Below, piece by piece: positions 27,553 through 37,098 of a stretch of DNA of 64,000 nt (the first letter of the stretch is position 1; each line of letters starts with the position of its first letter). A program made the translations under genes and the position numbers. A model generated the notes under the pieces. The model saw only the letters and a program-made list of their open reading frames with translations, was not told the DNA's origin and made no database searches. The stretch lies in the IMG/VR virus record IMGVR_UViG_3300042868_009074, positions 1-64,000 of that record, one strand, 5' to 3'.

Positions 27553-27846
27553 ATGCACGGTAAAAAACCACTAGAACCAATCTTTACTAGATCTGAACTA
27601 GCTCAGATACTTAACGTTTCTCCATTAACAATTGCTAATCGTGAAAAAAATAAAAAGTATCCTAGTCCAAAAAGAGATTTAAATAAATATAGAATATATA
27701 ATTTAAATGATGTTTTAAATCTTCAACTTATAACTTATTCTTATATAGATCCTAAGCCAATTATTTCTATACTTTATGACAAAGGCTATAAGGATAGTAA
27801 ATTTCTTGGTGAAATGATAGATCAAGCTTTATCGAAGAGAGTATAA
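27553..27846 (+). CDS. MerR-like helix-turn-helix DNA-binding protein
   Basis: FTRSELAQILNVSPLTIANRE...PKRDLNKYRIYNLNDV. Confidence 0.8.
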   Translation: MHGKKPLEPIFTRSELAQILNVSPLTIANREKNKKYPSPKRDLNKYRIYNLNDVLNLQLITYSYIDPKPIISILYDKGYKDSKFLGEMIDQALSKRV

Positions 27847-27847
27847 T

Positions 27848-28069
27848 ATGAGCGAAGATGATAATTCATTTAAATTAATAGACGACGTTAGTGACTATGT
27901 TTCTACTGACATAATTGTTGACTTAAAATCTGGCATCTATAATCTGTTTGTAAGTCTAGTAGAATATCTTTCTATTGACTTTGGCCCAGTTCAAGGCGCA
28001 GATGAAGCATGCAAATATCTAGAGAGACTATCGGCTCAAGTCCGAGAAGCTTTCGAAGAAAAACAATAA
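27848..28069 (+). CDS. Hypothetical acidic protein
   Basis: 73-aa ORF. Confidence 0.65.
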   Translation: MSEDDNSFKLIDDVSDYVSTDIIVDLKSGIYNLFVSLVEYLSIDFGPVQGADEACKYLERLSAQVREAFEEKQ

Positions 28070-28092
28070 ATAACTATACTGAAAGAAATAAA

Positions 28093-28518
28093 ATGTTAGA
28101 TCCTAAAAATATAACAACCATTACCGCTGGTGTTGTCGCAGACCCAGAGTTAATAAATGACAAAATAGCTAAGTTCCGCATCGCGTTGGACTACGCTGGT
28201 TCTGAAAAGGATTCTGAATCTAATTCAGGATACTTCGATGTTACCTATTACCTCAAAGATAAAGAGGGCTTTATTGGAAAGAACGCTTCATTTGTACACG
28301 GTCAAATCACCGGTGGAAAAATGAAGAAGGGTTCTCAGATCTCCATTATTGGCCGTCTCTTCCAGGAGCGTTGGTCACAAGATGGGACTAAGCGTTCTAA
28401 GATAGTTATCATTGCAGAGCACGTTTCTTATGCAGCTGGTGGAGCTAAGCCAGCCGATGGAGCAGTCACTGCTTCTGGCACAGCACCTAAATACGCTTCA
28501 GTACCTGAAGAGTTTTAG
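28093..28518 (+). CDS. ssb: Single-stranded DNA-binding protein
   Basis: N..TITAGVVADPE...KGSQISIIGRLFQERWSQDGTKRSKIVIIAEHV, C-terminal PEEF tail; start at 28093. Confidence 0.85.
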   Translation: MLDPKNITTITAGVVADPELINDKIAKFRIALDYAGSEKDSESNSGYFDVTYYLKDKEGFIGKNASFVHGQITGGKMKKGSQISIIGRLFQERWSQDGTKRSKIVIIAEHVSYAAGGAKPADGAVTASGTAPKYASVPEEF

Positions 28519-29258
28519 TGGAGGAATTCTCTCAGGAAGATCTTGATTCATTAATTGAAGAAGCTCTCTCTGGAGAAACATCTAAGTTAGTCCCTAAAAA
28601 TGGACTTTATCTTAGCCTAATGGAAACTAATATGCTGTCTCATATGTATGAGACTTTTACAAAGCATATACCTAATGAAAGACTAGTCTCTTTATTCCAG
28701 GAAGTTAGAAATGATATTCTTTCTTCTAAGAATTCTATAGAACTTAAAGACCTTCATACCATTACTAAGAATTGCAGAAAATGCGCTGATGTTTCAGGTT
28801 CTTCCGAACTTCCTAAATGGAACTCCAAAAATCCGGACGTCTTATTAATTATAGACAACCCCAATGTGGATAAAGAGTCTATTGATTTACTTGTTTCTAA
28901 GATTAAATCAATAGGCTTTGATTCCAGTAAGGTGTGTCTTACTTATGTTACTAGATGTCCAGTTTTTAGAAAACCAGAAAACTCTGAAGTTATAAACTGC
29001 TCCCCTTATTTACATACGGAAATACAGTTACTTAATCCAAAGCTAATAGTTACTTTTGGCTTATTGCCATTAGGTGCTGTATTAAACTCTACGGTGCAGC
29101 TTAAGCAATACAGGGGTGTTATATCGTGGCTTGGCTATTGGCCAATACTTGCTACTTATTCTCCTGCTCATTGTCTTAGGTCCGGCGATCAAATGGTAGA
29201 ACAGTTTACTTCAGATATACAACAAGCTTATAACTTCTGCTATACTGATGCTGTTTAG
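28518..29258 (+). CDS. Uracil-DNA glycosylase family 4-like protein with degenerate catalytic motifs
   Basis: CRKC, TYVTRCP, CSPYLHTEIQLLNPKLIVTFG; motif A reads IDNPN and motif B reads TYSPA. Confidence 0.75.
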   Translation: MEEFSQEDLDSLIEEALSGETSKLVPKNGLYLSLMETNMLSHMYETFTKHIPNERLVSLFQEVRNDILSSKNSIELKDLHTITKNCRKCADVSGSSELPKWNSKNPDVLLIIDNPNVDKESIDLLVSKIKSIGFDSSKVCLTYVTRCPVFRKPENSEVINCSPYLHTEIQLLNPKLIVTFGLLPLGAVLNSTVQLKQYRGVISWLGYWPILATYSPAHCLRSGDQMVEQFTSDIQQAYNFCYTDAV

Positions 29259-29270
29259 GTACACTTAATT

Positions 29271-29690
29271 ATGATAACTTTATTACAAAAAACTACGATA
29301 CTCGAATCATCTTATGATGAAGAAGACTCTAATTATTTTTTAGAAACAATTCAAAAAGATTATTCTATTCTTTATTCATCTAAGGATTATCCAGTAGATG
29401 CTGTAACCGAATCTATCAATACCTTTATTATGCTGCATGCGACTATTAGTATGCCTGATAAAGGTTATGGTAAGTTTTGGAGCGCCAAACCAATTGGTGC
29501 ATTTAGATATGTCTTGAATGCAGATGGTTCTTTTGGCGAATACTCTATCATAAAACCTCTTACCGGTTATTTAGTGCAAGGTGCTTATTGGAGTAACGGT
29601 TTTTATTATTTAGTTTCTCATTTAGATTTTGTTTTAGAAGCTAATTTGTTTGTTGATTTAGCTACCAAAGAGCAGTATAATTACCCTTAG
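29271..29690 (+). CDS. Hypothetical protein
   Basis: 139-aa ORF. Confidence 0.7.
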   Translation: MITLLQKTTILESSYDEEDSNYFLETIQKDYSILYSSKDYPVDAVTESINTFIMLHATISMPDKGYGKFWSAKPIGAFRYVLNADGSFGEYSIIKPLTGYLVQGAYWSNGFYYLVSHLDFVLEANLFVDLATKEQYNYP

Positions 29691-29723
29691 TAAATTATTG
29701 CTGTACCTAAGGTAGAATTAAAC

Positions 29724-30182
29724 ATGAGCAAAAAAGCTTCCATGGAAGAACGTTTCTTTGAAAAAGTTAATAAAACTGATTCTTGTTGGCTTTGGACTGG
29801 TTCCCTAACTTCTCGTGGTTATGGATGTTTGGGCGTTGCTGGTAAAACTACTGCAGCTCATAGATATTCTTATCAAATCCATACCGGAGAAATTCCAGAA
29901 GGTTTAATAATCTGTCATAGCTGTGATGTTCCATCGTGCGTAAACCCTGACCATTTATGGGCTGGCACTTATGCCGACAACATGAAGGACATGGTAAAGA
30001 AAGACAGACATGGGGAATCCAGTAGAAAGAAAACTCATTGTAGAAAAGGTCATTCTTTTGAGGAATTTGAACCCCTTGTATATATTAAGAAACAAGGCAG
30101 ACAAGCTGGAAAAGAATATAGAACTTGTAGAGAATGCAAGCGTATAAGCGATTATAACTACTATACTAAAAACAATAAATAA
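29724..30182 (+). mobile_element. Free-standing HNH homing endonuclease
   Basis: CWLWTG...AHRYSY...ICHSCDVPSCVNPDHL...NMKD, C-terminal THCRKGH..RTCREC. Confidence 0.9.
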
Positions 30183-30189
30183 ATTTCTA

Positions 30190-30261
30190 GCCTTTATAGT
30201 TAAATGGATATAACAAGAAACTTCTAATTTCTCGTTCTAGGTTCGATTCCTAGTGGAGGCA
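30190..30261 (+). tRNA. tRNA-Arg(TCT)
   Basis: GCCTTTA/TGGAGGC acceptor stem, AGAAA-CT TCT AA-TTTCT, CTAGG-TTCGATT-CCTAG. Confidence 0.9.
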
Positions 30262-30334
30262 CAGAGAGTAGTTGTTACTCAGGTCCATCGAAATACCAGA
30301 ATAATAACTACTCTTTATAATCGAAAGTAAAAAT

Positions 30335-31624
30335 ATGAAAAATAAATTACTAGCTTTTGCTGTACTTTTTTCTACCCTTATTCCTTTTTCATCAATTCCT
30401 CACCCTACTATTGCAAACGCAACCATAGCAGTACCAACTACGACCATTGTCTCAACGACAAACCAAATACTCACCTTGGACTCTGACTCGCTATCCAAAA
30501 CTTCGATGGTCTTGCAATCAAACACCAACAGCAACAGTGTCTACTGGACAGTTCGAGTACGAGACCCATTTGGTGGACGCCTAACTAGCAGCATCGTAGG
30601 TGCACGACTCTGCTCTACAGTATCATCGTGGCCCGATGGTGCTGGTTGCACCGGCGCCACTTCAATTGGTCAAGGCAACAACGTTGATCGAATTTATACG
30701 TTCCTTTTCCTAATTTCACCAGACGCTCCAAACGGTCAATGGCTAGGAAGAATCTTTGGCCCAATCAGCGGACAACCCGACATCATCGGACAATCAAGAA
30801 TTTTAGTGACTGCACCAGTCACCACAACTATACCTTCCACTACTACTGTAGCCCCCACTACAACTACCACAACTGTAGCTCCAACTACCACTACTTCAAC
30901 AACCAGTACAACAACTAGCACAACTGTTGCAATAAGAACAACTGTTCCAGATCTTCCAACTTTTGAACATTTATATATTAAACAACAAACTTATTATCCA
31001 TATAACATAATTTATACTAATTTTTCTTGCGAAGACCATTATTCAAAACCTAAAGTAATTCATTATATGTTAAAGGATAATTTTACTGAAGTTTTAGTTA
31101 AAAATTTTTACTCTTCTTGTAAACAATTTACTTTTGATTATCCTAAAAATATTTCTAATTGTTGGCAGGTTGCTCCAGTAAATGCTACTGGCCAAGGTCA
31201 GTGGAGTAATAAAGTTTGTTATGAAGAAACTATTGTAGCTCCAACAACTACCACAACAACTATTCCAAAAGTTTTAGCTTCTTCTAATGCTTACAGTTCT
31301 TATTCTTCTTTTGTCCCAAAATATAAAAAAGTAAAAGTTAAACAAACTTTATTTTACAGGACTGGCGCTATATGCTTTGATGGTTGGAGATCCTATTCAA
31401 CTGGATCAGGAACTTGCTCTTGGCATGGCGGTGTCTATAAATGGTTGGGATACAGTAAGACTACTTGGGTAAAAAAAACTGTACCCATAATACCAAAAGT
31501 ACCGATTGTTACTGGTAGTTGTTATGGTTGCATTTCTTCCATTACTGGACGTCCTAGGACTAATTATGTAAGCGGTTATACTAGATCTAATGGAACATAT
31601 GTTAATAGCTACTGGAGATCTTAG
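30335..31624 (+). CDS. Secreted Thr-rich protein with Fn3-like and DUF3761-like modules
   Basis: Signal peptide, poly-Thr linkers, VAPVNATGQGQWS (Fn3-like), GAICFDGWRSYSTGSGTCSWHGGV, C-terminal VSGYTRSNGTYV. Confidence 0.7.
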   Translation: MKNKLLAFAVLFSTLIPFSSIPHPTIANATIAVPTTTIVSTTNQILTLDSDSLSKTSMVLQSNTNSNSVYWTVRVRDPFGGRLTSSIVGARLCSTVSSWPDGAGCTGATSIGQGNNVDRIYTFLFLISPDAPNGQWLGRIFGPISGQPDIIGQSRILVTAPVTTTIPSTTTVAPTTTTTTVAPTTTTSTTSTTTSTTVAIRTTVPDLPTFEHLYIKQQTYYPYNIIYTNFSCEDHYSKPKVIHYMLKDNFTEVLVKNFYSSCKQFTFDYPKNISNCWQVAPVNATGQGQWSNKVCYEETIVAPTTTTTTIPKVLASSNAYSSYSSFVPKYKKVKVKQTLFYRTGAICFDGWRSYSTGSGTCSWHGGVYKWLGYSKTTWVKKTVPIIPKVPIVTGSCYGCISSITGRPRTNYVSGYTRSNGTYVNSYWRS

Positions 31625-31628
31625 AACT

Positions 31629-31892
31629 ATGAACCATCAAGATTATGTCTACGTAATATTTGAAGACAGTTCAGTTCTTCATTCTTGTGCTTGGGCAGAA
31701 GATTTAGAGGCTCTTATTCTTGTTTTTAATTCTGGGGCCATCTGGATATATGATGATGCCACTCGAGATGTCTATCAAGGTTTAATTAATTCTCAATCAG
31801 TTGGTAAATATTTTAATTTAAATATAAGAAATACTTTATCAGGAAATTTAATTTATAAGAAAGGATCCCAAGTTGGGCAAGAAGCGCAATAA
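31629..31892 (+). CDS. KTSC domain protein
   Basis: LVFNSGAIWIY...VYQGLINSQSVGKYFNLNIR. Confidence 0.82.
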   Translation: MNHQDYVYVIFEDSSVLHSCAWAEDLEALILVFNSGAIWIYDDATRDVYQGLINSQSVGKYFNLNIRNTLSGNLIYKKGSQVGQEAQ

Positions 31893-32095
31893 AAATAGGG
31901 GTCCTAAGAATAATACTAGGAAATCAAACAATCCCCATTATACTGTATATAGCTCATATAAGGTTTCTCCTCAGCAGATTAATACTTTAGCTTATTCTGT
32001 ATTTGGATCGTTGTATTATAATCCTGTGGAAGATTGATATTCCCGGGATTCTACGATATACTTATTTCTAACTTTTTAAATATATCGGGGAAATT

Positions 32096-32704
32096 ATGAC
32101 CACTATAATTGCAATTCAAGGGCCAGACTATGCCCTGGTGTGTAGCGATTCTAGAATATCTAGCATGGACGAAGGTGGCTTTACATCCCAGATCACAACA
32201 TTAGGTTCTAACTCAGCTAAAGTAGCAGAGAACAATAAGTATCTATTAGGTGCTGCCGGCGACATGAGAGCTATTAATATACTGCATCATGCTTTTACCC
32301 CACCTATTCCTCCTGTTGGGACTACTGGTAAGAAGTTAGATAACTTTATCACTACTAAGTTTGTTCCATCATTAAGAGAATGCTTTGAGAAACAAGGTTA
32401 TGCGTCTCCTGAGAATGAATCATCTACACATATAGCACAGCATGAATCTACTATTTTGACAGTAGTATCTGGTAACATCTATATTATTGATGGCGACTAT
32501 TCTTGGACTTCAGATGTTAATGGCATTTATGCTATTGGCACTGGCAGTTACTATGCACTGGGTGCTCTACAAGTTCTGTGTTCAACAAAAATAGCGACAC
32601 CAGCTCAAGCTAAAAAGAATGCTTTAAAAGCTATTGCCATATCGGCTAAATACGATCCATATACCGGTGGACCATTCCACTGTTATATTCAGGAAAAATC
32701 TTAA
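32096..32704 (+). CDS. Proteasome-beta/HslV-like Ntn threonine protease
   Basis: M-TTIIAI (N-terminal Thr), SDSRIS, Lys in SAKV, GAAGD, AIGTGS, DPYTGG. Confidence 0.85.
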   Translation: MTTIIAIQGPDYALVCSDSRISSMDEGGFTSQITTLGSNSAKVAENNKYLLGAAGDMRAINILHHAFTPPIPPVGTTGKKLDNFITTKFVPSLRECFEKQGYASPENESSTHIAQHESTILTVVSGNIYIIDGDYSWTSDVNGIYAIGTGSYYALGALQVLCSTKIATPAQAKKNALKAIAISAKYDPYTGGPFHCYIQEKS

Positions 32705-32722
32705 TTTATTTGGGGAATAAGA

Positions 32723-33040
32723 ATGGAATTAGAAGAACTAATCTGCGAACAATGCAACAAGCATTGGCAACGAACTAAAGCTAGAGGCAGAAAACCTAAG
32801 CTATGCCCAACCTGTCTTAATTCTACATCATTAGTTCTTGTTCAAGAGGATGACGATATGTTTGAAGAAATCCCTATTGCCGAAGAACCTACTCCTGACA
32901 AGACTTTGTATAAACCCAATTCTAAATGGCAGTGTTCTGCTTGTGACGCCAAAGTTAGAATTGGTGTAGGCGTTAATGTTCCACCTGTTCACAAATGCCC
33001 CAAACGTGCTAATAGACTATTGTCATTAGACTTAATATAA
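32723..33040 (+). CDS. Double zinc-ribbon protein
   Basis: CEQC...CPTC and CSAC...HKC. Confidence 0.7.
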   Translation: MELEELICEQCNKHWQRTKARGRKPKLCPTCLNSTSLVLVQEDDDMFEEIPIAEEPTPDKTLYKPNSKWQCSACDAKVRIGVGVNVPPVHKCPKRANRLLSLDLI

Positions 33041-33179
33041 AATATTTCTATCTATAAATAACCAGTAACAACAATAGAAAGAATAAAATGACAGCGACGA
33101 CTGTACAAATGATAGCAGCTTTATTAGAGCTTGCTTTTATACTATTCAAAACACTTACCTCCAATTTGTTGGTTTCATC

Positions 33180-33530
33180 ATGATGAATTTTCCAACATGG
33201 CCTTGTAACTTTCCTCAAAAGGCACAGGTTACTAATGATGACAAAGCGGAGAGGATATCTAAAAAAATGTTTAAAAAAGGACCTAGTCTTGAAAAAGTTA
33301 TAGGTGACTTGGCACTCAGTGGTGGCTTTGAGCAATATAAGACTATCAAAGACATAGCTTTAGATCCTATAGCTAAAGAAAGCTTTATCAAATCATTAGA
33401 TAGCTATTTAAATGATTTGACTCTAAAACAATTAAGTTTGACCAAACTTGCTGAAGGTTCTTATATTATGAATTTTGATATAGACGATCCTGCAATTCCT
33501 TTTAAAGAAGGTCAGAAAAGTGACTTATGA
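33180..33530 (+). CDS. Hypothetical protein
   Basis: 116-aa ORF. Confidence 0.6.
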   Translation: MMNFPTWPCNFPQKAQVTNDDKAERISKKMFKKGPSLEKVIGDLALSGGFEQYKTIKDIALDPIAKESFIKSLDSYLNDLTLKQLSLTKLAEGSYIMNFDIDDPAIPFKEGQKSDL

Positions 33531-33747
33531 TGAGTGGATACAAATAGGCCTCAAGAATAAATTTTGCGGTCCTGCTGTATGTGAGATTCACGATGGACTT
33601 CCATTGACCTTAGAAGAAGAGGATGAGTTCTTTAAGGGCTTTGATCCCTGCGTACATATTGTTAGACTTTATGAGACTCCAGAAATTGCTCATTTAGTAG
33701 AGGATAATCATCCTCCTTCTAATTGGAGAAAACCTTATGACAAATAA
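33520..33747 (+). CDS. Conserved small phage protein
   Basis: WIQIG...FCGPAVCEIHDGLP....DPCVHIVRLY; GTG start. Confidence 0.7.
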   Translation: MTYDEWIQIGLKNKFCGPAVCEIHDGLPLTLEEEDEFFKGFDPCVHIVRLYETPEIAHLVEDNHPPSNWRKPYDK

Positions 33748-33934
33748 ATATTTTCAATTAGCTCAAGAATTTTATCCTTACACTAAATCTGATGCAAGCC
33801 AGGCAATTCTAATTGGACCTTCTTTGAAAGATCATACCTGTGAACCTAAATGTGCAGACTGCCAATGGTATAATTGGGGGCTATCTTTTATGGATAGGGA
33901 ACTAAAAGGAGAATTTAATGAATTCAATATATAA
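33737..33934 (+). CDS. Small hypothetical protein
   Basis: 65-aa ORF with HxCxxxCxxC. Confidence 0.55.
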   Translation: MTNKYFQLAQEFYPYTKSDASQAILIGPSLKDHTCEPKCADCQWYNWGLSFMDRELKGEFNEFNI

Positions 33935-34331
33935 AGCTTTAAATAATATCTTTATATTAACGCGCAATACAGTTAGTATGTTTTTGCCACTTAAAGAAAT
34001 TAAACTTTCAGAAGATTTAAATAAAGCAGATGCATATCCCCATAAGCATATGCCCACATCTACTGCTACTAAGAGTTCATATAAATATACTAAGAATGAC
34101 CATTCATATCCTTATGATCAAAAGAAAGAAAGCCCTTATAGTTCAGTTAAGGTTAATCACAATAGAAATATTTGGACTGACAGAACAGACATAGCTATAT
34201 TGAGACTTAAAAAAGCCGTTTCTAATAAAGGTCCAAACCCAAAGTTTCATGACAAGCTAATGAAGAAACATCGTAGTGAGTGGCCAGAACTCTGGGTTGC
34301 TATTGACGCTTTGTTGAAAGCTGATGAGTAA
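33918..34331 (+). CDS. Hypothetical basic protein
   Basis: 137-aa ORF. Confidence 0.65.
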   Translation: MNSIYKALNNIFILTRNTVSMFLPLKEIKLSEDLNKADAYPHKHMPTSTATKSSYKYTKNDHSYPYDQKKESPYSSVKVNHNRNIWTDRTDIAILRLKKAVSNKGPNPKFHDKLMKKHRSEWPELWVAIDALLKADE

Positions 34332-34337
34332 ACTTTT

Positions 34338-34532
34338 ATGTTTCCCATTTCTTTGTCTGAAGAAGCTTATAAAAGATTAACTATGACATGGGGTCCTGAA
34401 GTAATTTTGCGCTGCAAGTGTACTGATTGGCCTTCTCATTCTATGTTCGGCCAGAAGGGATCTGGTAGGTGTGGATCATGTCATCAAGTAACTCAAATGA
34501 TTCCTTATAGATGGAGCACTACTGATGGTTGA
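34338..34532 (+). CDS. Small Cys-containing protein
   Basis: CKC...CGSC. Confidence 0.55.
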   Translation: MFPISLSEEAYKRLTMTWGPEVILRCKCTDWPSHSMFGQKGSGRCGSCHQVTQMIPYRWSTTDG

Positions 34533-35277
34533 CCATCTTGAAATGAGAAAAGCTTTAAATCGAGCTCAACAGTCTTTACTAGCACCTGATTCAGGTGGCT
34601 GGTCTAGGATTGATAATATATGGACTGAAACTACTGACGATCTTTATGTGGACAATATAGATTTTCAAGTCAAAAAAGAAGGTTCTTTTAAAGTTACTGT
34701 TGATGGTTTTCCAAGACAAGGTAATAGATATCTTAGAAGAAAGATCCTTTTAGCCTTCCCTCAAGCAGCTATGCCATTTCCTTTGTGTCATAAGCAAGTG
34801 GCGTTAGAAGAAGCTATTAGCGATAGTCATTTTGTGTTATCTACTTTTAGAGATCCTTTGAAGAGTGTTAGTTCTTATATATCTGAATTCATTCATCACA
34901 ATAACGTAAACGGAATTTTAAATCCTTTAAAAGATTATATTTATACTGAAGATGATTATTTTTATATAGAAAAATGTTTTTTATTTTATATTAGAATGAC
35001 AGATTTTATATATAATAATATTGACGATATCTTTGTTGTTCCATTTGATTCTATTGCCGGCGATAAAGATAATTCTTTAACAGCATCTATCTCTAAATTA
35101 TTACCTACCACAGAATATATAGATCCTTACGAAGTAGAACCTCACTCTAGTCGCGATACTAAAATGCAAGATTACTTAATGACAGATAAGTTTCATCATA
35201 TACTAGAGTTAGCTAATCAATCCTATAATAGGGTTTTAGATTTATCTAGCATTAAAAGAGATAGGTTTGTATTATGA
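34525..35277 (+). CDS. PAPS-dependent sulfotransferase-like protein
   Basis: DGFPRQGNRYL (5'-PSB-like) and FRDPLKSVSSY (3'-PB-like). Confidence 0.65.
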   Translation: MVDHLEMRKALNRAQQSLLAPDSGGWSRIDNIWTETTDDLYVDNIDFQVKKEGSFKVTVDGFPRQGNRYLRRKILLAFPQAAMPFPLCHKQVALEEAISDSHFVLSTFRDPLKSVSSYISEFIHHNNVNGILNPLKDYIYTEDDYFYIEKCFLFYIRMTDFIYNNIDDIFVVPFDSIAGDKDNSLTASISKLLPTTEYIDPYEVEPHSSRDTKMQDYLMTDKFHHILELANQSYNRVLDLSSIKRDRFVL

Positions 35278-36017
35278 TAATATTAATTATAGGTTTACCG
35301 GGAGCTGGCAAAACAGCTTTAGCTACTCAGTTGGCAGCTAAGACCAATTCTATTCATATTAATGCTGATGTAGTAAGAGCTGATCTTAGCTCTGATCTTG
35401 GTTTTTCTATAGAAGATCGTATAGAACAGGCTCGTAGAGTTGGAGCTATAGCTAGACTTCTTTCTGACCAAGATAGAGATGTAGTAGTTGATTTTATTTG
35501 TCCCACTAAAGCTACAAGAGAATCTTTTGGTCGCGCCGATAAAATCATTTGGGTAGATAGAATAAATAAAAGTCACTACGAAGACACCAATGCTATATGG
35601 GAAGACCCATTAGAATATGACCTTAGAATTAAACCTCACCTTACTCTTGATCAAGAAGTGGATTTTGTTATTGATCGATTCCAGCTTGTAGACTGGACTA
35701 AGCCAACTACCTTACTGCTTGGTCGCTACCAGCCTTGGCATGATGGTCACTCAGCCCTTATGAGCGAGGGTTTAAAGAGAACCAATCAAGTTGTTATAGC
35801 TGTTAGGTCTAGCTATAAGACTTCTGAGAAAGACCCTTTTACTTATCCTGAAGTTAAGCAGTTCATTGAGTCTAAAGAAACTAATCCTTTTGTATTGCAA
35901 TTTCCTAATATTACTAATATAATTTACGGTAGAGACGTAGGATATGAAATAGAAAAAGTTGATCTTTCTTCTGACCTTCAAGCTATTTCTGCTACAGCTA
36001 TCAGATCTAAATTATAA
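35274..36017 (+). CDS. cysC: Adenylylsulfate kinase-like domain fused to HxGH nucleotidyltransferase domain
   Basis: GLPGAGKT, INADVVR...DLGFSIEDRIEQARR; GRYQPWHDGH. Confidence 0.85.
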   Translation: MIILIIGLPGAGKTALATQLAAKTNSIHINADVVRADLSSDLGFSIEDRIEQARRVGAIARLLSDQDRDVVVDFICPTKATRESFGRADKIIWVDRINKSHYEDTNAIWEDPLEYDLRIKPHLTLDQEVDFVIDRFQLVDWTKPTTLLLGRYQPWHDGHSALMSEGLKRTNQVVIAVRSSYKTSEKDPFTYPEVKQFIESKETNPFVLQFPNITNIIYGRDVGYEIEKVDLSSDLQAISATAIRSKL

Positions 36018-36042
36018 TTTAAAAAACCTATATGGGGTAAAA

Positions 36043-36267
36043 ATGAAAAAAAATTTTCGAGACCAAATTCGTTTTTACATAAATTCTAAATTTCCCAATA
36101 AAAAAATAAAGATTAAGTTCGTCACTCATTCTGGCAAAAAGATTTGCAACGTAAAGCTAACTAAGAAACAATTCAATGCTATTACATTGGCTGCTTCTTT
36201 AAGCAATGAAACCGTTCAAGACTTTTTCTTAAATTCTATTAAAATATATCTAAAGGATAAAAAATGA
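36043..36267 (+). CDS. Small basic hypothetical protein
   Basis: Start at internal ATG after GGGG SD-like sequence. Confidence 0.6.
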   Translation: MKKNFRDQIRFYINSKFPNKKIKIKFVTHSGKKICNVKLTKKQFNAITLAASLSNETVQDFFLNSIKIYLKDKK

Positions 36268-36503
36268 ACCATCATGTACACTTTAGTGACATTATAAAGA
36301 AGTTAAAAAGAGAACCTTTAAATAGTGACCAACCAGACTTGACTACTAATGAGCAAATACTAAACCAAAGATCTTTGATAAAATTTTGGATAGATCATGC
36401 TACCAGATTAGAAGAACAAAATAACCAACTAAAGATTGAATTAGAACAAGCTTCTCAATCAGCCATTATGCTAAGAGAGTTAATGAATGAATCACGACCC
36501 TAG
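36264..36503 (+). CDS. Small coiled-coil protein
   Basis: 79-aa ORF, ATGA-coupled. Confidence 0.6.
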   Translation: MNHHVHFSDIIKKLKREPLNSDQPDLTTNEQILNQRSLIKFWIDHATRLEEQNNQLKIELEQASQSAIMLRELMNESRP

Positions 36504-37098
36504 CAGAAAACCTCCTCTCTATAAGGGCAACAGTGTTCAAGAAGCTTTTGTTCTAAATCTATTAGATGAGAAAAGAAGTGGTCATTACGTTGAGTTAGGT
36601 GCTTTTGATTCTAACTTAGGAAGTAATACATATCATCTCGAGAATGATTATGGATGGAATGGCGTTTCATTTGAAATATTAGATGACAGACGCAATCAAT
36701 TTATATCTAATAGAAAAAATCCTTGTTACGGTGATGCTCTAGACTTTAACTATATTAATTACTTTGAAGAGAATAACTTTCCTAAGCAAATAGATTATCT
36801 TCAAGTAGATATAGACGCCGGCTATCAACAAGATGGTAGACCCTTTGGCAATCATTATCTTACTCTATTGGGCCTTATATCTTTGCCATTGACCCAGTAT
36901 AGATTCTCTGTTATAACTTTTGAGCATGATTCTAATATGTATTTTAGAAATACTGGAATGCGTGACGCACAGAGAGAAATTCTAGATTCTTTAGGGTATA
37001 CTCTTGTGGTTAGGGAAATCCACGAAGATTGGTGGGTTGACCCGAATGTATTACCGATTGATAAATATAGGAAATACCTAAGATGGGAGACACTGTAA
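36487..37098 (+). CDS. FkbM-like SAM-dependent methyltransferase
   Basis: YVELGAFD...SNTYHLE...GWNGVSFE; IDYLQVDID; ITFEHD. Confidence 0.8.
   Translation: MNHDPSRKPPLYKGNSVQEAFVLNLLDEKRSGHYVELGAFDSNLGSNTYHLENDYGWNGVSFEILDDRRNQFISNRKNPCYGDALDFNYINYFEENNFPKQIDYLQVDIDAGYQQDGRPFGNHYLTLLGLISLPLTQYRFSVITFEHDSNMYFRNTGMRDAQREILDSLGYTLVVREIHEDWWVDPNVLPIDKYRKYLRWETL

Noticed and set aside
33048-33335. Minus-strand 95-aa ORF
   Set aside because: Antisense to + strand genes in a uniformly + block; no supporting signals.
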